Positions 9,379-19,079 of a stretch of DNA of 44,440 nucleotides are shown piece by piece; the first letter of the stretch is position 1, and each line of letters starts with the position of its first letter. The notes under the pieces are model-generated. The model was not told where the DNA came from. It worked only from the letters and a program-made list of their open reading frames with translations, and searched no databases. Both the position numbers and the translations under genes were made by a program. Source of the stretch: a virus (lineage: Duplodnaviria > Caudoviricetes); IMG/VR virus record IMGVR_UViG_3300012682_000003, positions 1 through 44,440 of that record. The stretch is one strand, 5' to 3'.

Positions 9379-10083
9379 TTAGAAACGATTGTAACGTCCT
9401 GTTCCATTTGAACCTCTGTGGCTACCATAATTATTATCGTATGGTCGTGACGCAACATTCAATCCAGCAAAAGAAGTATCTCTTTCTTCCTTCGCTTGTG
9501 TTGGCACCTGTGAATTGATAAGTGAAATTTGATGAGCCTTCGCAGCATTTACACGCGACCAGTCATTGTATTTCATGAAGCCGCGCCACACTGCGCCGAG
9601 CAATAGAATATCATCCCACGATTGGGGAATCTTTGCCGATGTATTGGTGTCACTTAAGTCTGCGAGTGGCGCAAGATACTTAAGTGTCATTTTGTAAACT
9701 TGATCTGGTGTCGGCCAGAGCCGTGCAAAACAACCTTCGCGCGTATACTTAATTGGAACACCGTGCGCGAATGTCGCACCAACATACTGTCCTTCATAAT
9801 CACGCGGGTCCATATATTCCAAACGTGTATGCTGAAAACTAGACAAGTCTTCAATAGAGATTGAGACTACTGCTTCGAAAGGCGAAGGCATATCGTAATT
9901 GCGCGTACCTGCAATTGTATTAAACGTAACCGTTGCTTCCTTTTCCCGAAACGGGAACTTATCAAGCAATTCCCAATACGAACGGTTGAGAAGTAAATCA
10001 GCCGCATCCTTCGACAAATCATTCTCATCCACACCAAGTGCATCACGAAGCTCAATGCGTAGTTGCGTAATGGACATTGGCAT
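9379..10083 (-). CDS. Head-tail adaptor (tail tubular protein A-like)
   Basis: GTRNYDMP, G.P..Y, LWPTPD and IPQSWDDILLLGA motifs; located after the capsid genes. Confidence 0.75.
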   Translation of the reverse strand: MPMSITQLRIELRDALGVDENDLSKDAADLLLNRSYWELLDKFPFREKEATVTFNTIAGTRNYDMPSPFEAVVSISIEDLSSFQHTRLEYMDPRDYEGQYVGATFAHGVPIKYTREGCFARLWPTPDQVYKMTLKYLAPLADLSDTNTSAKIPQSWDDILLLGAVWRGFMKYNDWSRVNAAKAHQISLINSQVPTQAKEERDTSFAGLNVASRPYDNNYGSHRGSNGTGRYNRF

Positions 10084-10097
10084 TTTTCTTTCCTTAG

Positions 10098-10355
10098 TTA
10101 ATCAGTTGAGTCAAACGGAACCGCGTAAGCTGAAACGAAACTTTCAGAACCCCGCGTTTCGAAATCACAATACACGAGGCACGGACCAGTAAAATCATTC
10201 TGGTCAATAATGGACCCATTGGAATAATTACGGAGCGTTATCACGCTATCAATAACATTCCCCGTAATCATTTTCCAACGAGTCGCATCCAATCGTACAA
10301 CTGCTGTGTTGTTACAAGTTTTCGGATTCGCCCCGATTAGCAATGCGATCTGCAT
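10098..10355 (-). CDS. Small hypothetical virion protein (paralogue of 10388..10642)
   Basis: Shares LL..ANP.T, V.DS.I, TGP and F(D/E)TRG(S/T)E..S with its neighbour. Confidence 0.65.
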   Translation of the reverse strand: MQIALLIGANPKTCNNTAVVRLDATRWKMITGNVIDSVITLRNYSNGSIIDQNDFTGPCLVYCDFETRGSESFVSAYAVPFDSTD

Positions 10356-10387
10356 AATTTTCTCAACTCGTTTAATTTAATCCGAAG

Positions 10388-10642
10388 TTACTCGATGTGC
10401 GTAGCAACAACAGAAATAGAAGCTTCCGTGCCGCGAGTATCAAAGAGTGCAATTACATCAGCCGGTCCAGTAATTGGCTGACCAAGCAGATACTGAATAT
10501 CCGAACCATCCATCTTACGAACGATGATGTTTGAATCCACAACACGCTCAAGTGTTACTGCGTAATCCCCTTCGGGAATGTACGTTGATTCGCCCTGAGC
10601 AGTTGCGGGATTAGCATTTTTAAGCAGGTAGATTTTATCCAT
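10388..10642 (-). CDS. Small hypothetical virion protein (paralogue of 10098..10355)
   Basis: AAGGA RBS; immediately downstream of the MCP; motif similarity to its neighbour. Confidence 0.65.
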   Translation of the reverse strand: MDKIYLLKNANPATAQGESTYIPEGDYAVTLERVVDSNIIVRKMDGSDIQYLLGQPITGPADVIALFDTRGTEASISVVATHIE

Positions 10643-10666
10643 TTCCTTAATTGTAGCAAGGGAAAG

Positions 10667-11587
10667 TTAAATCGGATTCGAGCCTGTCCAACCACGCCAA
10701 TCCACAAACCATACAAGGAAACGTGTAGTTGCCTTATACTTCGCAGCATCCGTATCGAAATCCCACGTGTCATCAAACTCAATCGGGCGACGGATAACCA
10801 TGTGTGCGTCGTTGAGTGAAGAATCCATCATGAAATACGACTTCGGATTCGTCTTGTAATGTGAAACGATAATGTTCACGCGCGGCATACGACGACGGAT
10901 TGCATTATCATTCTGCTGGTTAGCAGTAAACGGCTCCAGATCAGAATTGAAAATCTGAAGTGCCGTATGATAATCGCCTGCATTGTTGCCAAGAATAAGC
11001 GTATCCGGAAATGCGCGCATCGGATCGCCATTCTCATCCTTCATATTCTGATACAGGTCAAACTGTCCCGTAATACCAGCGTTGGACAGCGCAACATCCG
11101 TAGCAGAACGGTTAGAAACAGTTCCGCCGCCGAGCGTAGTATGCGCGGTATGAATCAGCGGAAGGTTATCCATTCCACGGAAGAAATTTCCGGTGAACGC
11201 ATCGTCCAAAAGTGCAGCAGAACGATATTCCATTGTGTTACGGCCAGCCTTCGCGAGCCACTTAGAAGCCTGATTCGCCTTCTTATACTGATCGTCCTCA
11301 ACAGTACGGCGTGTGATAATAAATCCAAGAGCGAATTCCTTATCAACACCCATCACCTTTGGACCAATCTTCGGGTCCTCATAAATAAGTGGCTCACCAT
11401 CGCCGCGCTCAAGAAGCCGCGACAGTCCACTCATTGTAATTGCCGACTGTTCTGGCATATCAGAACGAGATACCTTCAGAAACTGCGAGTATTCCGGTGC
11501 GTACTGTTCAAAGGAATCACGGAAATCCCTTCGCAGACCTGGCCGGAAAAGGTGGTTAAATGCGCCCTGTACAATCATTTCATTCAC
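10667..11587 (-). CDS. Major capsid protein (HK97 fold, Mu gpT-like family)
   Basis: FRPGL, FALGFIITRRTVEDDQY, D..PL....H, DENG.P....PDTL and DFDTDAAKYKA..R....DWRG..GS; about 305 aa; start may be 11578. Confidence 0.88.
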   Translation of the reverse strand: MNEMIVQGAFNHLFRPGLRRDFRDSFEQYAPEYSQFLKVSRSDMPEQSAITMSGLSRLLERGDGEPLIYEDPKIGPKVMGVDKEFALGFIITRRTVEDDQYKKANQASKWLAKAGRNTMEYRSAALLDDAFTGNFFRGMDNLPLIHTAHTTLGGGTVSNRSATDVALSNAGITGQFDLYQNMKDENGDPMRAFPDTLILGNNAGDYHTALQIFNSDLEPFTANQQNDNAIRRRMPRVNIIVSHYKTNPKSYFMMDSSLNDAHMVIRRPIEFDDTWDFDTDAAKYKATTRFLVWFVDWRGWTGSNPI

Positions 11588-11638
11588 TCCGACAATTCGA
11601 GAAGAACTACAAAAATCAAGAAGAAAATCAAGCAGAAA

Positions 11639-12160
11639 TTAAGCGGTGCTAGGACCACCCTGACCAGAGATAACCGACGAGAGGAACTTAAACAGAAACA
11701 TCTTAGCATCTGCATCAATATCAGTAATCTCAATACGGTTAGCAGGAACTGCCGGAGAAACAACTGGAGTCATATCAATAACCCAGTCATCAGCAACTTT
11801 CTTCACAGGATACAATTCGCCAATGTGCGTCTGCAACGGTAGAACTGGATCGACCGCACCGTTAACTGCACGACCAGAAAACTCCGTAAGTGGCGCAGCA
11901 TCAAGCATGGAAACTTCCTGCACACGACCAGTTACAACAGTGGGCGTACCACTTACATCATAACCTGGTCCCGTTCCTGCGCCCTGCAACGCAACACCAG
12001 CAATAGCAGGAGCGTCACCAATACACTCTTGATACGTACCGGCTGCATTATCAATAAGCAACGCACCGCGCTTAAAAGTCTGTCCGGTCGCATATGCAAC
12101 AGTGCGCACCATCGGAACATTTGTGCCGCCGTGCCTTGCGTTCATAAATCCGCGTGGCAT
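11639..12160 (-). CDS. Capsid decoration/cement protein
   Basis: Small beta-rich protein immediately upstream of the MCP; ATGQTFKRGALL and IAGVAL. Confidence 0.6.
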   Translation of the reverse strand: MPRGFMNARHGGTNVPMVRTVAYATGQTFKRGALLIDNAAGTYQECIGDAPAIAGVALQGAGTGPGYDVSGTPTVVTGRVQEVSMLDAAPLTEFSGRAVNGAVDPVLPLQTHIGELYPVKKVADDWVIDMTPVVSPAVPANRIEITDIDADAKMFLFKFLSSVISGQGGPSTA

Positions 12161-12198
12161 TTCTTTTTCTCACTTTTTATTTGAATGGAACAAAGAAG

Positions 12199-12813
12199 TT
12201 AAATCTTCGGCTGTTCAAGAGCAGCCAAAATTTCTGCTGTGGAAGCTACTGACTGTGAGCTTTCATGAATAACTGGCATATCAAGCTTATCTGTTGCAGT
12301 ACGAAAATCACTTTCTTCCTTCTGCGTTCTAGCTGCGCCCCGCTTACCATTAATACGTTCGAACCTTTCTTGATAAATCTTATTGATTAGATTCTTGTTG
12401 TCCTGCGTAGTCGTCATAAAAATTACATCACCAACAATCGTTGCACCTGTACCATTATTATGTAGTCCACGATTATTAGCATACTTCGTATCAATCTCAA
12501 AACCCATCATCTTCATACGATCAATTTCAATCTGCTCATTTCTTGCCCACTCTCCGTGAACACCGGGAGGAAGTGGAACATACAAACGATCTGCAACAAT
12601 CCCGCGATCAAGAACTTGAATCAAGCGCGCTTCATCTTGCGCAAGACGCACACGACGTTCATGAACAGTTTCGCCAACAGGTGCAATACTTGGCGTTACT
12701 TGTGTCGGGATTACAGTTGTTTCAATTGTTGTAGTTGTCGTGGTAACAGTGGCAGGGAGAACAGGAGACGCGTCAGGAATCCCTTTAACGGAATTATCGC
12801 GAGTGTTAGCCAT
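12199..12813 (-). CDS. Head-module hypothetical protein
   Basis: PPGVHGEWAR...MGFE...VGDVIFM pattern; lies between scaffold and decoration genes. Confidence 0.55.
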   Translation of the reverse strand: MANTRDNSVKGIPDASPVLPATVTTTTTTIETTVIPTQVTPSIAPVGETVHERRVRLAQDEARLIQVLDRGIVADRLYVPLPPGVHGEWARNEQIEIDRMKMMGFEIDTKYANNRGLHNNGTGATIVGDVIFMTTTQDNKNLINKIYQERFERINGKRGAARTQKEESDFRTATDKLDMPVIHESSQSVASTAEILAALEQPKI

Positions 12814-13700
12814 TATCTATTCCCCGTTGCTGGCGCTGGCTTATCAAAGCTCGCAGTTGCAACTTCCGTAGCAGGCATATTCATCCACCTACGATAGTCT
12901 GCTTCATTTGAGAAACCCTGCTCACGCATGATACGACGCTCTAGTTCAGTAAGTGGCGTGGCGTTGTTTGCGTTTGCACGCGGAGCGGGAGCGGGCGGAG
13001 AAGTTGGGCGAACATTCGGAGGATTACTCATCGAATTATTTCCGTTTGTGGGAGCGGGATTATTTGGCGAACCGTTCGTGGAATTAGAAGGAAGATCATC
13101 AGTAAGTGAAACGCCCGGAATCAATCCAGCCGCAGCGCCACCAATTGTTGCTAGTAGAAGTCCGTAGTATTGCTGCTCAGTAATAGCCGTACCAGATTCA
13201 CGAACTTGACTATCAAGCGTAGCCTCAATCTTCGGAAAAACTTTCGAGAAGCGAGGATCATTCTTAAACTTCGCTTTAATAGTATCGTATTGTGAATTTG
13301 CCTGTACGCCACTAACAAACTTCGCAAGCGGTTCAATCGCCTTACGAACTTCTTCCTGAATTACAGAACGGGGATCATTATAGAAACGCTCACGCTCAAC
13401 AGCAGGATCAGCCGGGGGAGATGTTTCCGCGCGCGTACGTAGCGCAGTAGCTTCCTGCTCCAACTGTTGAATACGTGTGTTGTTCGCACGCATCTGCTCG
13501 GTATACAGTTCCAGCAATCTTGCGGAATTATCTTCCTTCGTTGTGTCTTTAACTTCTGGCGTTGGTGCGGGAGGAGTATCAGTATTCGGAGGAGAATTCT
13601 CTGGCGTCACTTCTGCTTCGTTCGTGTGTGGTTCCATTAGTCGGTACCGTTGGATTAGTTTGTGTTCGTGACTGTATTGCGGGAACGTGCGATATTTCAT
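12813..13700 (-). CDS. Capsid scaffolding protein
   Basis: Pro/acidic N-terminus, coiled coil, C-terminal LTELERRIMREQGFSNEADY helix-turn-helix; follows the portal; start may be 13637. Confidence 0.7.
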   Translation of the reverse strand: MKYRTFPQYSHEHKLIQRYRLMEPHTNEAEVTPENSPPNTDTPPAPTPEVKDTTKEDNSARLLELYTEQMRANNTRIQQLEQEATALRTRAETSPPADPAVERERFYNDPRSVIQEEVRKAIEPLAKFVSGVQANSQYDTIKAKFKNDPRFSKVFPKIEATLDSQVRESGTAITEQQYYGLLLATIGGAAAGLIPGVSLTDDLPSNSTNGSPNNPAPTNGNNSMSNPPNVRPTSPPAPAPRANANNATPLTELERRIMREQGFSNEADYRRWMNMPATEVATASFDKPAPATGNR

Positions 13701-13908
13701 ACAACTGCGAAATCAAGAAACTAACTTTTCTAATACCTGAAACATATCCTCTCTTCTCAAATGCTTCTTCTGCTCTAGTAAAGTTAGCTAAATCATTGAG
13801 GGACGCCGCCTCCAATTTGCGACATAAGCGCAGCAAGGCCGCCCATTCCGGCTGGCGGGATAGCAGTTTGAGGTCCACCAATTCCTGCGCCGTTAGCTCC
13901 GATAACAT
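13579..13908 (-). CDS. Small helical head-assembly protein downstream of the portal
   Basis: GGGGGAGG RBS before ATG 13908; L...PEW..L...RG...G pattern typical of post-portal small proteins. Confidence 0.65.
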   Translation of the reverse strand: MLSELTAQELVDLKLLSRQPEWAALLRLCRKLEAASLNDLANFTRAEEAFEKRGYVSGIRKVSFLISQLYEISHVPAIQSRTQTNPTVPTNGTTHERSRSDAREFSSEY

Positions 13909-15721
13909 TTCCTCCCCCTATTGCCTGTTGCATCATCTGTTCATATTCCTTCACAATTATTTTATCCACGTTACGAATATCGAAGCTTTCAAGAATCTGC
14001 CTCATTGCTTCTGTTCCAGCAATCATTCCTTGCTTTGCAATTCTAGCAGTAGCTTCTTGATCACCCAAACCTTGTGACAACTGAAGTAGGTTCGTATAAT
14101 ATTGTGTAAGCAATCCCGCAACTTGAACCCAATTCTGACGGTCAACAATCTTATTCTCTTGCTGACCCGCCGCACGCAATTCAAATATCAACCCTTCACG
14201 AATAGATTCCGTAGGCATCGTGAATAGGCTGCGCACTAAACCTTGCGCGGGATTACTGTCATCTAAGAAACTAAGTTGACGCGAACCAAACTGTTGAATG
14301 TTCGCAGCAAAGTCAACAATAATATCGTTCGTCAGTTCCTTAATGTTACGATAGATGAAATCAAACTTCTTATTACCTTCTTGAATACGCGCAAGGTCTG
14401 ATGTTGCAGTTCCCGGCGTACCCATTTGTGGCATACCCAACTGTACTTCACTGATACCAGTACGCTGCTGCGAGTAAATCAGTGTACCTTGTTCGTTGTT
14501 ATATGACGATGGATAAATTTCACCAAGCTGGAATGTTTCAACATGGCGCGGATCGTCAACAAACCACATCTTACCGGGAAACACTGGTTCGTTCGGACCA
14601 TAACCAGATAGCTTTGAAATCTTAATCATACGCATATTCGCCAGTGTAGCATTATCCAAACGCTGACGATGTTGCGTTGTTATTTCTTTCTGGAATTGTT
14701 CGTTTTGCTTACATACTCCAATCCCCGCCCAGCGATGTTCAACAGGAAAGTAGACGCCCTTATGATAAGGAGAAGATAGATCAGTTTTCCAGTTGTATCT
14801 GATTCCGAGAAACGTGCCCGAGTCTTTGTGATAATAGACAACAATTTCTCGCTGCTCTCCGACACGAAGTTCGCCACCACTACCGTCTGCGTTAAATGGT
14901 TCGTGTGCCGAATCAGTATCAAAAGTCATCCACAACTCAATCCAATTAATACGACTTGGCAGGATTGGTGAACGATTCTCTAACTGCTCCTGCGTTTCTG
15001 TAGTACGATTTGTGTCGGGTGAAGTATTAGAACGTGTAACCCAACCTTTCAAATCATCCATCACATCGTCGTAAAACAAACCATCACGAATCATCTGCTC
15101 AATTTCATGTGGCGAAGATACGTGTTCTTCACCTTTCCAATGTGCGTTACGAATTTCTGTTGCAGAAAATGGCATCAAGAAACGTGAGACAGGAAGTGCG
15201 TCTACAGTAGCGCCGTCTTTTATTACTACGTTAAATTCCTGCTCGATACCATTCACTTCACGAATCGCAGTCTTAGTTATCTTCTCGTATCCAACCTTTG
15301 CAGTACCCGTACCGAACTTAACAATTTCAAGTACGATCGAATTCATCTTATCATACATACGCGCATCTTCTAGCAATGCCCGGTCGAGAAACTTCTCTAA
15401 TGGACGCGCAACATTTGACCACCGATCAGTTGCAGCGCGAGCACTTACAAACTGATTCAGTGCAAACAACGTAGTCATGGTGCGCGCGTGGACTGCTTCA
15501 ATTGCAATAGCAGAAAGCGGAATAACGATTGTCGCAGCATTGTTAAATGGAAACGTAGCTGCTTCCGTTACAGGCTTAGCCCAATAATCTTTCTGCCACC
15601 TTTCAAGATCATCAAGAAAAGAACCACGCTCGATATAATGGTTTGAAATTTCGGTGTCGATGTATTGACTAAGCCGAGCTTTCGTATCAACATCAAGATT
15701 TAGTAGGCGGGGATATGCCAT
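13793..15721 (-). CDS. Portal protein
   Basis: About 642 aa (start MAYPRLL at 15721); KFGTGTAKVGY, HRWAGIG, HRQRLDNATLAN, TGIS...G and TAT motifs; after terminase. Confidence 0.88.
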   Translation of the reverse strand: MAYPRLLNLDVDTKARLSQYIDTEISNHYIERGSFLDDLERWQKDYWAKPVTEAATFPFNNAATIVIPLSAIAIEAVHARTMTTLFALNQFVSARAATDRWSNVARPLEKFLDRALLEDARMYDKMNSIVLEIVKFGTGTAKVGYEKITKTAIREVNGIEQEFNVVIKDGATVDALPVSRFLMPFSATEIRNAHWKGEEHVSSPHEIEQMIRDGLFYDDVMDDLKGWVTRSNTSPDTNRTTETQEQLENRSPILPSRINWIELWMTFDTDSAHEPFNADGSGGELRVGEQREIVVYYHKDSGTFLGIRYNWKTDLSSPYHKGVYFPVEHRWAGIGVCKQNEQFQKEITTQHRQRLDNATLANMRMIKISKLSGYGPNEPVFPGKMWFVDDPRHVETFQLGEIYPSSYNNEQGTLIYSQQRTGISEVQLGMPQMGTPGTATSDLARIQEGNKKFDFIYRNIKELTNDIIVDFAANIQQFGSRQLSFLDDSNPAQGLVRSLFTMPTESIREGLIFELRAAGQQENKIVDRQNWVQVAGLLTQYYTNLLQLSQGLGDQEATARIAKQGMIAGTEAMRQILESFDIRNVDKIIVKEYEQMMQQAIGGGNVIGANGAGIGGPQTAIPPAGMGGLAALMSQIGGGVPQ

Positions 15722-15731
15722 TTCGTTTCTT

Positions 15732-16106
15732 CTACTCGATACGAGAAACAAGGATAAGGGAAGAAACGATTAGGGCACCAACTATGTCAGCAATAATATC
15801 ACGCCACATAAACTTCCAAACTTCTTTGCCTTGACGCTTGCCTATAATCGCCTGTTCGATTTCAAGAATAATCCAGCCAGCCAAAGATAGAAGTAACGCG
15901 ACTCGGAGCGAACAAGAGAAGATATAATAACCCACAACAACGGTAATACCCGAACCGATTGCGTGTTTGATCTTATCCGGCGTGAAGAATGTATCTTCAT
16001 ACTTCCCGATATCCGTTCCTTCTTTTGTAAACGCTGCTAAGATTAAACCGATTCCAATAGCGATACTAAATGCGAGTGCGCTTTGGACGGGATTGAGCCA
16101 ATGCAA
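15732..16106 (-). CDS. VanZ/YfiM-like multi-pass membrane protein
   Basis: DKIKH...EIEQ...DIIADIVG signature; AGGAG RBS 6 nt before TTG at 16106. Confidence 0.6.
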   Translation of the reverse strand: MHWLNPVQSALAFSIAIGIGLILAAFTKEGTDIGKYEDTFFTPDKIKHAIGSGITVVVGYYIFSCSLRVALLLSLAGWIILEIEQAIIGKRQGKEVWKFMWRDIIADIVGALIVSSLILVSRIE

Positions 16107-16290
16107 TTCCAACTCCTGCGATAACGAGAAGGCCAACTGCAATCATTACCTTATCAGAACTTTCAATTGTTGATCTGGTGCAGATGTGTTCGACACCGTT
16201 AAACACACAATCCTGCGAACCGACCGCAAGAAAAATCATCCCGATAAAGACAAGGGGAATGATAGCGAATCCGATTTTACGTAGCGACAT
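16066..16290 (-). CDS. Small two-TM membrane protein
   Basis: Two hydrophobic helices around a Cys-containing loop; basic C-terminus; GGAG RBS. Confidence 0.6.
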   Translation of the reverse strand: MSLRKIGFAIIPLVFIGMIFLAVGSQDCVFNGVEHICTRSTIESSDKVMIAVGLLVIAGVGIALAQSRPKRTRI

Positions 16291-16292
16291 TA

Positions 16293-16520
16293 CTACTCCG
16301 TAATTTGTGAAGGTGTACCGAATAGCATAACGAACACAGAATGAAGATCACGTACGTAAATAGTCTTGCGTACAAACAACCACTTGATTGTTGTAATCTT
16401 CATCATGTTATGTTCAACGTACCATTGCCAGAATCCCATCTTAATAATCTCACGAGCCAAGTCCATTAACTCGCGCGGGATCGCAGCGTTCTGTGTATTG
16501 ATTTCGTAAATGACGGCCAT
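16293..16520 (-). CDS. Hypothetical protein
   Basis: ORF in the operon with tight spacing. Confidence 0.55.
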   Translation of the reverse strand: MAVIYEINTQNAAIPRELMDLAREIIKMGFWQWYVEHNMMKITTIKWLFVRKTIYVRDLHSVFVMLFGTPSQITE

Positions 16521-16532
16521 TTTCTTTACTCG

Positions 16533-16856
16533 TTAAATAGAATTAGGATCGTACTTCTTTTCGCCAACAGTTACAACTGTAACAGAAGCCTCTTGCGCGT
16601 GCCTAGCTTCCTGCTTATCATTCTCGATACGTGTGACCGTAACAGAAGCTGCATCGCTAGGATTGATAGAACGGTTCAACAACTTGTGTACGATAGCGTA
16701 AACTGCGAGTAGAACGAAAGAAGATAAAGCTAATTCCGCTTCCGTTCCGAGCGAGAAGTTAAACTTGCCTACGAGAAGTGCGGAAAGTGCAGAAATTGCA
16801 GCTGCGACTAGGCGTGCAAACAGTGGCCGAAGCGCGTCAAATAACGCGAAATGCAT
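16533..16856 (-). CDS. Holin-like two-TM protein
   Basis: Two TM helices and a charged C-terminal tail; GAGG RBS. Confidence 0.5.
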   Translation of the reverse strand: MHFALFDALRPLFARLVAAAISALSALLVGKFNFSLGTEAELALSSFVLLAVYAIVHKLLNRSINPSDAASVTVTRIENDKQEARHAQEASVTVVTVGEKKYDPNSI

Positions 16857-16877
16857 AATCTTACCTCATTACGAACG

Positions 16878-18500
16878 TTAAAGGATGAGCGAATAACCCG
16901 TTTCCGGGTCCCTTCCTGACATAATAGACTTAGCTGCTGCTGCATTTTGATCCATGATAGCTTTGTTTGATCCCGCACGCCAGATTTCAGGACCATAAGC
17001 TAGTGAATCTAGTATGTGATAGTTAGAAGTTGCACCGAAATTGTCGAATTCTTCTATCAATTCCTTCTGTGACTCATGAAAGTAGATCATCCCGGCCGAG
17101 AAATAGTTAGATAGCTTCATTACTCGTTCAGCTTTCGCACGTTTCTTCGTCGTAACAGGACTGATATTGAAACGAACGCCACGGAATCCCATCTCACGCT
17201 GCCACCAGTGCGAAAACACTTCCGAAAACAACTCGTGTTCAATCGCTACTGTACGTGGCCACCACTTCTGCACTAAAGCGAAGATGAATTCAGTAAATTC
17301 TGGAGGTCTTTTAATTCCCTTGATAGCTTCGAGTACGAATGTTCTATTTTTAGAGTCTGTACCAGTAACACACAAACCGAATAGACCAGAAACAGCAGGA
17401 TCGACCAAGAATACGATATCAAGTTCACTTCTACGTACGACTGTGTGCGAGTCACCTGAAAATATGGCTATCTTATCGCCGGATAACCATTGATAGTAAC
17501 GTTTCCAACCCTTATCGAATGAAGTCGCACCTTCTCTTGGGTCATTTGCGTACTGCGCCGAAAAGATTTTAGTGTTCTTACGTAGAATTGATAGCTTGCT
17601 AGGAGTGAATTCTTCAGGAAAGATAGCTTCAATTTTCCCGGTTACTGGATTCAACTCCTCAACACCGCGCACATAACGCTTTAACTGATCACCATACACT
17701 TCATGTGCGTGCGCATACAAATCATCAAATGACCAGCGCGTACCAATCAAATCAAACTTATCGTCACCAAACTTAGAGAAGAAAGATTGAATGTTATCAA
17801 ACCAAGTTTTGGCTGATTCCATTTCAGTCTTAGAATCTCTAGCTTTATCTCCGATAAGATCGTCAAGTTTCAGGAAGTTATAGTGTCGTCCCTGTCCACG
17901 CGCACCAACACCCATCGTATCAATAGTAGGTTCTGCCCAAGACTCATCGCGCGGCAGTTCTAACTGTTCCTTATTAATACGATGCTTCTTTGGTGAAGGT
18001 ACACACTCAGGAAACAAACCCATAAGCGTTGGATTTGTTAGGAAGTTTCCTGTGATTGCGTAGAGATAACCTGACGCTGTTGCGTGTGTTTCATGGATGA
18101 TTGCAAGACGACAGTTTGTACCAAGATTACGAGGCCAAATACTATCACCCAAATCATCAGTAAGAACAATCTGAATCGCGTCCGCAATCGTAACAATAGT
18201 GGACTTAAAATGACCGCGCGGAAGTAATTCTTCTCTGAACTGCGCTGCTCTTGTATGTTCAAGCCAGCTACAGAGATGGCCATGTAAGTTAACAGAAAGG
18301 CGCTTGAAACCAAGCACACCATAAGAAAGGAAGAAAAGATCATTCTTTGCTCGCAGTCGAAGATACTTCCACTGATCTGTAGAAAGATTTTCGAATCTCT
18401 TTTCTGCCGCTTTCCTATGACTTACTAATGTGCGTCCGTCTAATAGAGAATTATATTGATCGTCTAAACTAATTGAAGGATCATGATTTTCAAGGCTCAT
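16878..18500 (-). CDS. terL: Terminase large subunit
   Basis: Walker A-like LPRGHFKST, G.H, Walker B LKLDDLIG, IGTRW...DLY, FSAQYANDP, nuclease VDPA and HILDSLAY. Confidence 0.93.
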   Translation of the reverse strand: MSLENHDPSISLDDQYNSLLDGRTLVSHRKAAEKRFENLSTDQWKYLRLRAKNDLFFLSYGVLGFKRLSVNLHGHLCSWLEHTRAAQFREELLPRGHFKSTIVTIADAIQIVLTDDLGDSIWPRNLGTNCRLAIIHETHATASGYLYAITGNFLTNPTLMGLFPECVPSPKKHRINKEQLELPRDESWAEPTIDTMGVGARGQGRHYNFLKLDDLIGDKARDSKTEMESAKTWFDNIQSFFSKFGDDKFDLIGTRWSFDDLYAHAHEVYGDQLKRYVRGVEELNPVTGKIEAIFPEEFTPSKLSILRKNTKIFSAQYANDPREGATSFDKGWKRYYQWLSGDKIAIFSGDSHTVVRRSELDIVFLVDPAVSGLFGLCVTGTDSKNRTFVLEAIKGIKRPPEFTEFIFALVQKWWPRTVAIEHELFSEVFSHWWQREMGFRGVRFNISPVTTKKRAKAERVMKLSNYFSAGMIYFHESQKELIEEFDNFGATSNYHILDSLAYGPEIWRAGSNKAIMDQNAAAAKSIMSGRDPETGYSLIL

Positions 18501-19056
18501 CTTTCTTTACTTCAGTTAAGACTTCTACAATGATTGGAGCTTGTGCTGTTTGTGCGTGTAACTGCGCTACTTCATTCGCCTTATTCATCCCCTCGACGAG
18601 AGTTGCAGCGTTCCCGGCCGGCAATACTAAAGTGTTAAATACATTTCCACCACCAACGCCGGGGATTGTGTTAGGATTATTAAGTTGTGTAGAAGTCTTA
18701 AGATGACCTTGCGAACGGAGAACATCTAAGCCACGATCAAGAATAGAAAGTGGCGACTTATCAAATCTATCTTCTTCAGTTAGTAGTTGTTCGAGGCGGT
18801 CCACCGTTTTCTCAGCTATTCTTTCTAAACGGGATGCGATGCTTTCGTTAGCTTTATCTCGAAGATTTGAGACCATAAGCTTTTTGATTGCGCGAGCTTC
18901 GTCCGTAGATAGAATATTACTGATATGCTCCTTAGTATAACCAAACTTAACAGCAAGTTCAGTATTGGCCATACCTGTAGCTGACAGAGCCACGATTGTT
19001 TCGTACTCTGGTTGCCACGTTTTCGGTTGCCATTTGGTGAGCCGCGCTTGTTTCAT
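18490..19056 (-). CDS. Terminase small subunit (HTH)
   Basis: HTH-like GMANTELAVKFGYTKEHISNIL; immediately upstream of and overlapping terL. Confidence 0.7.
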   Translation of the reverse strand: MKQARLTKWQPKTWQPEYETIVALSATGMANTELAVKFGYTKEHISNILSTDEARAIKKLMVSNLRDKANESIASRLERIAEKTVDRLEQLLTEEDRFDKSPLSILDRGLDVLRSQGHLKTSTQLNNPNTIPGVGGGNVFNTLVLPAGNAATLVEGMNKANEVAQLHAQTAQAPIIVEVLTEVKKDEP

Positions 19057-19079
19057 TTACTTAAGTGCTAAAGGAATGA

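Noticed and set aside
10967-11842. 291-aa plus-strand ORF antisense to the major capsid gene
   Set aside because: No RBS or motif; explained by codon bias of the capsid gene. The same applies to the other antisense ORFs in the track
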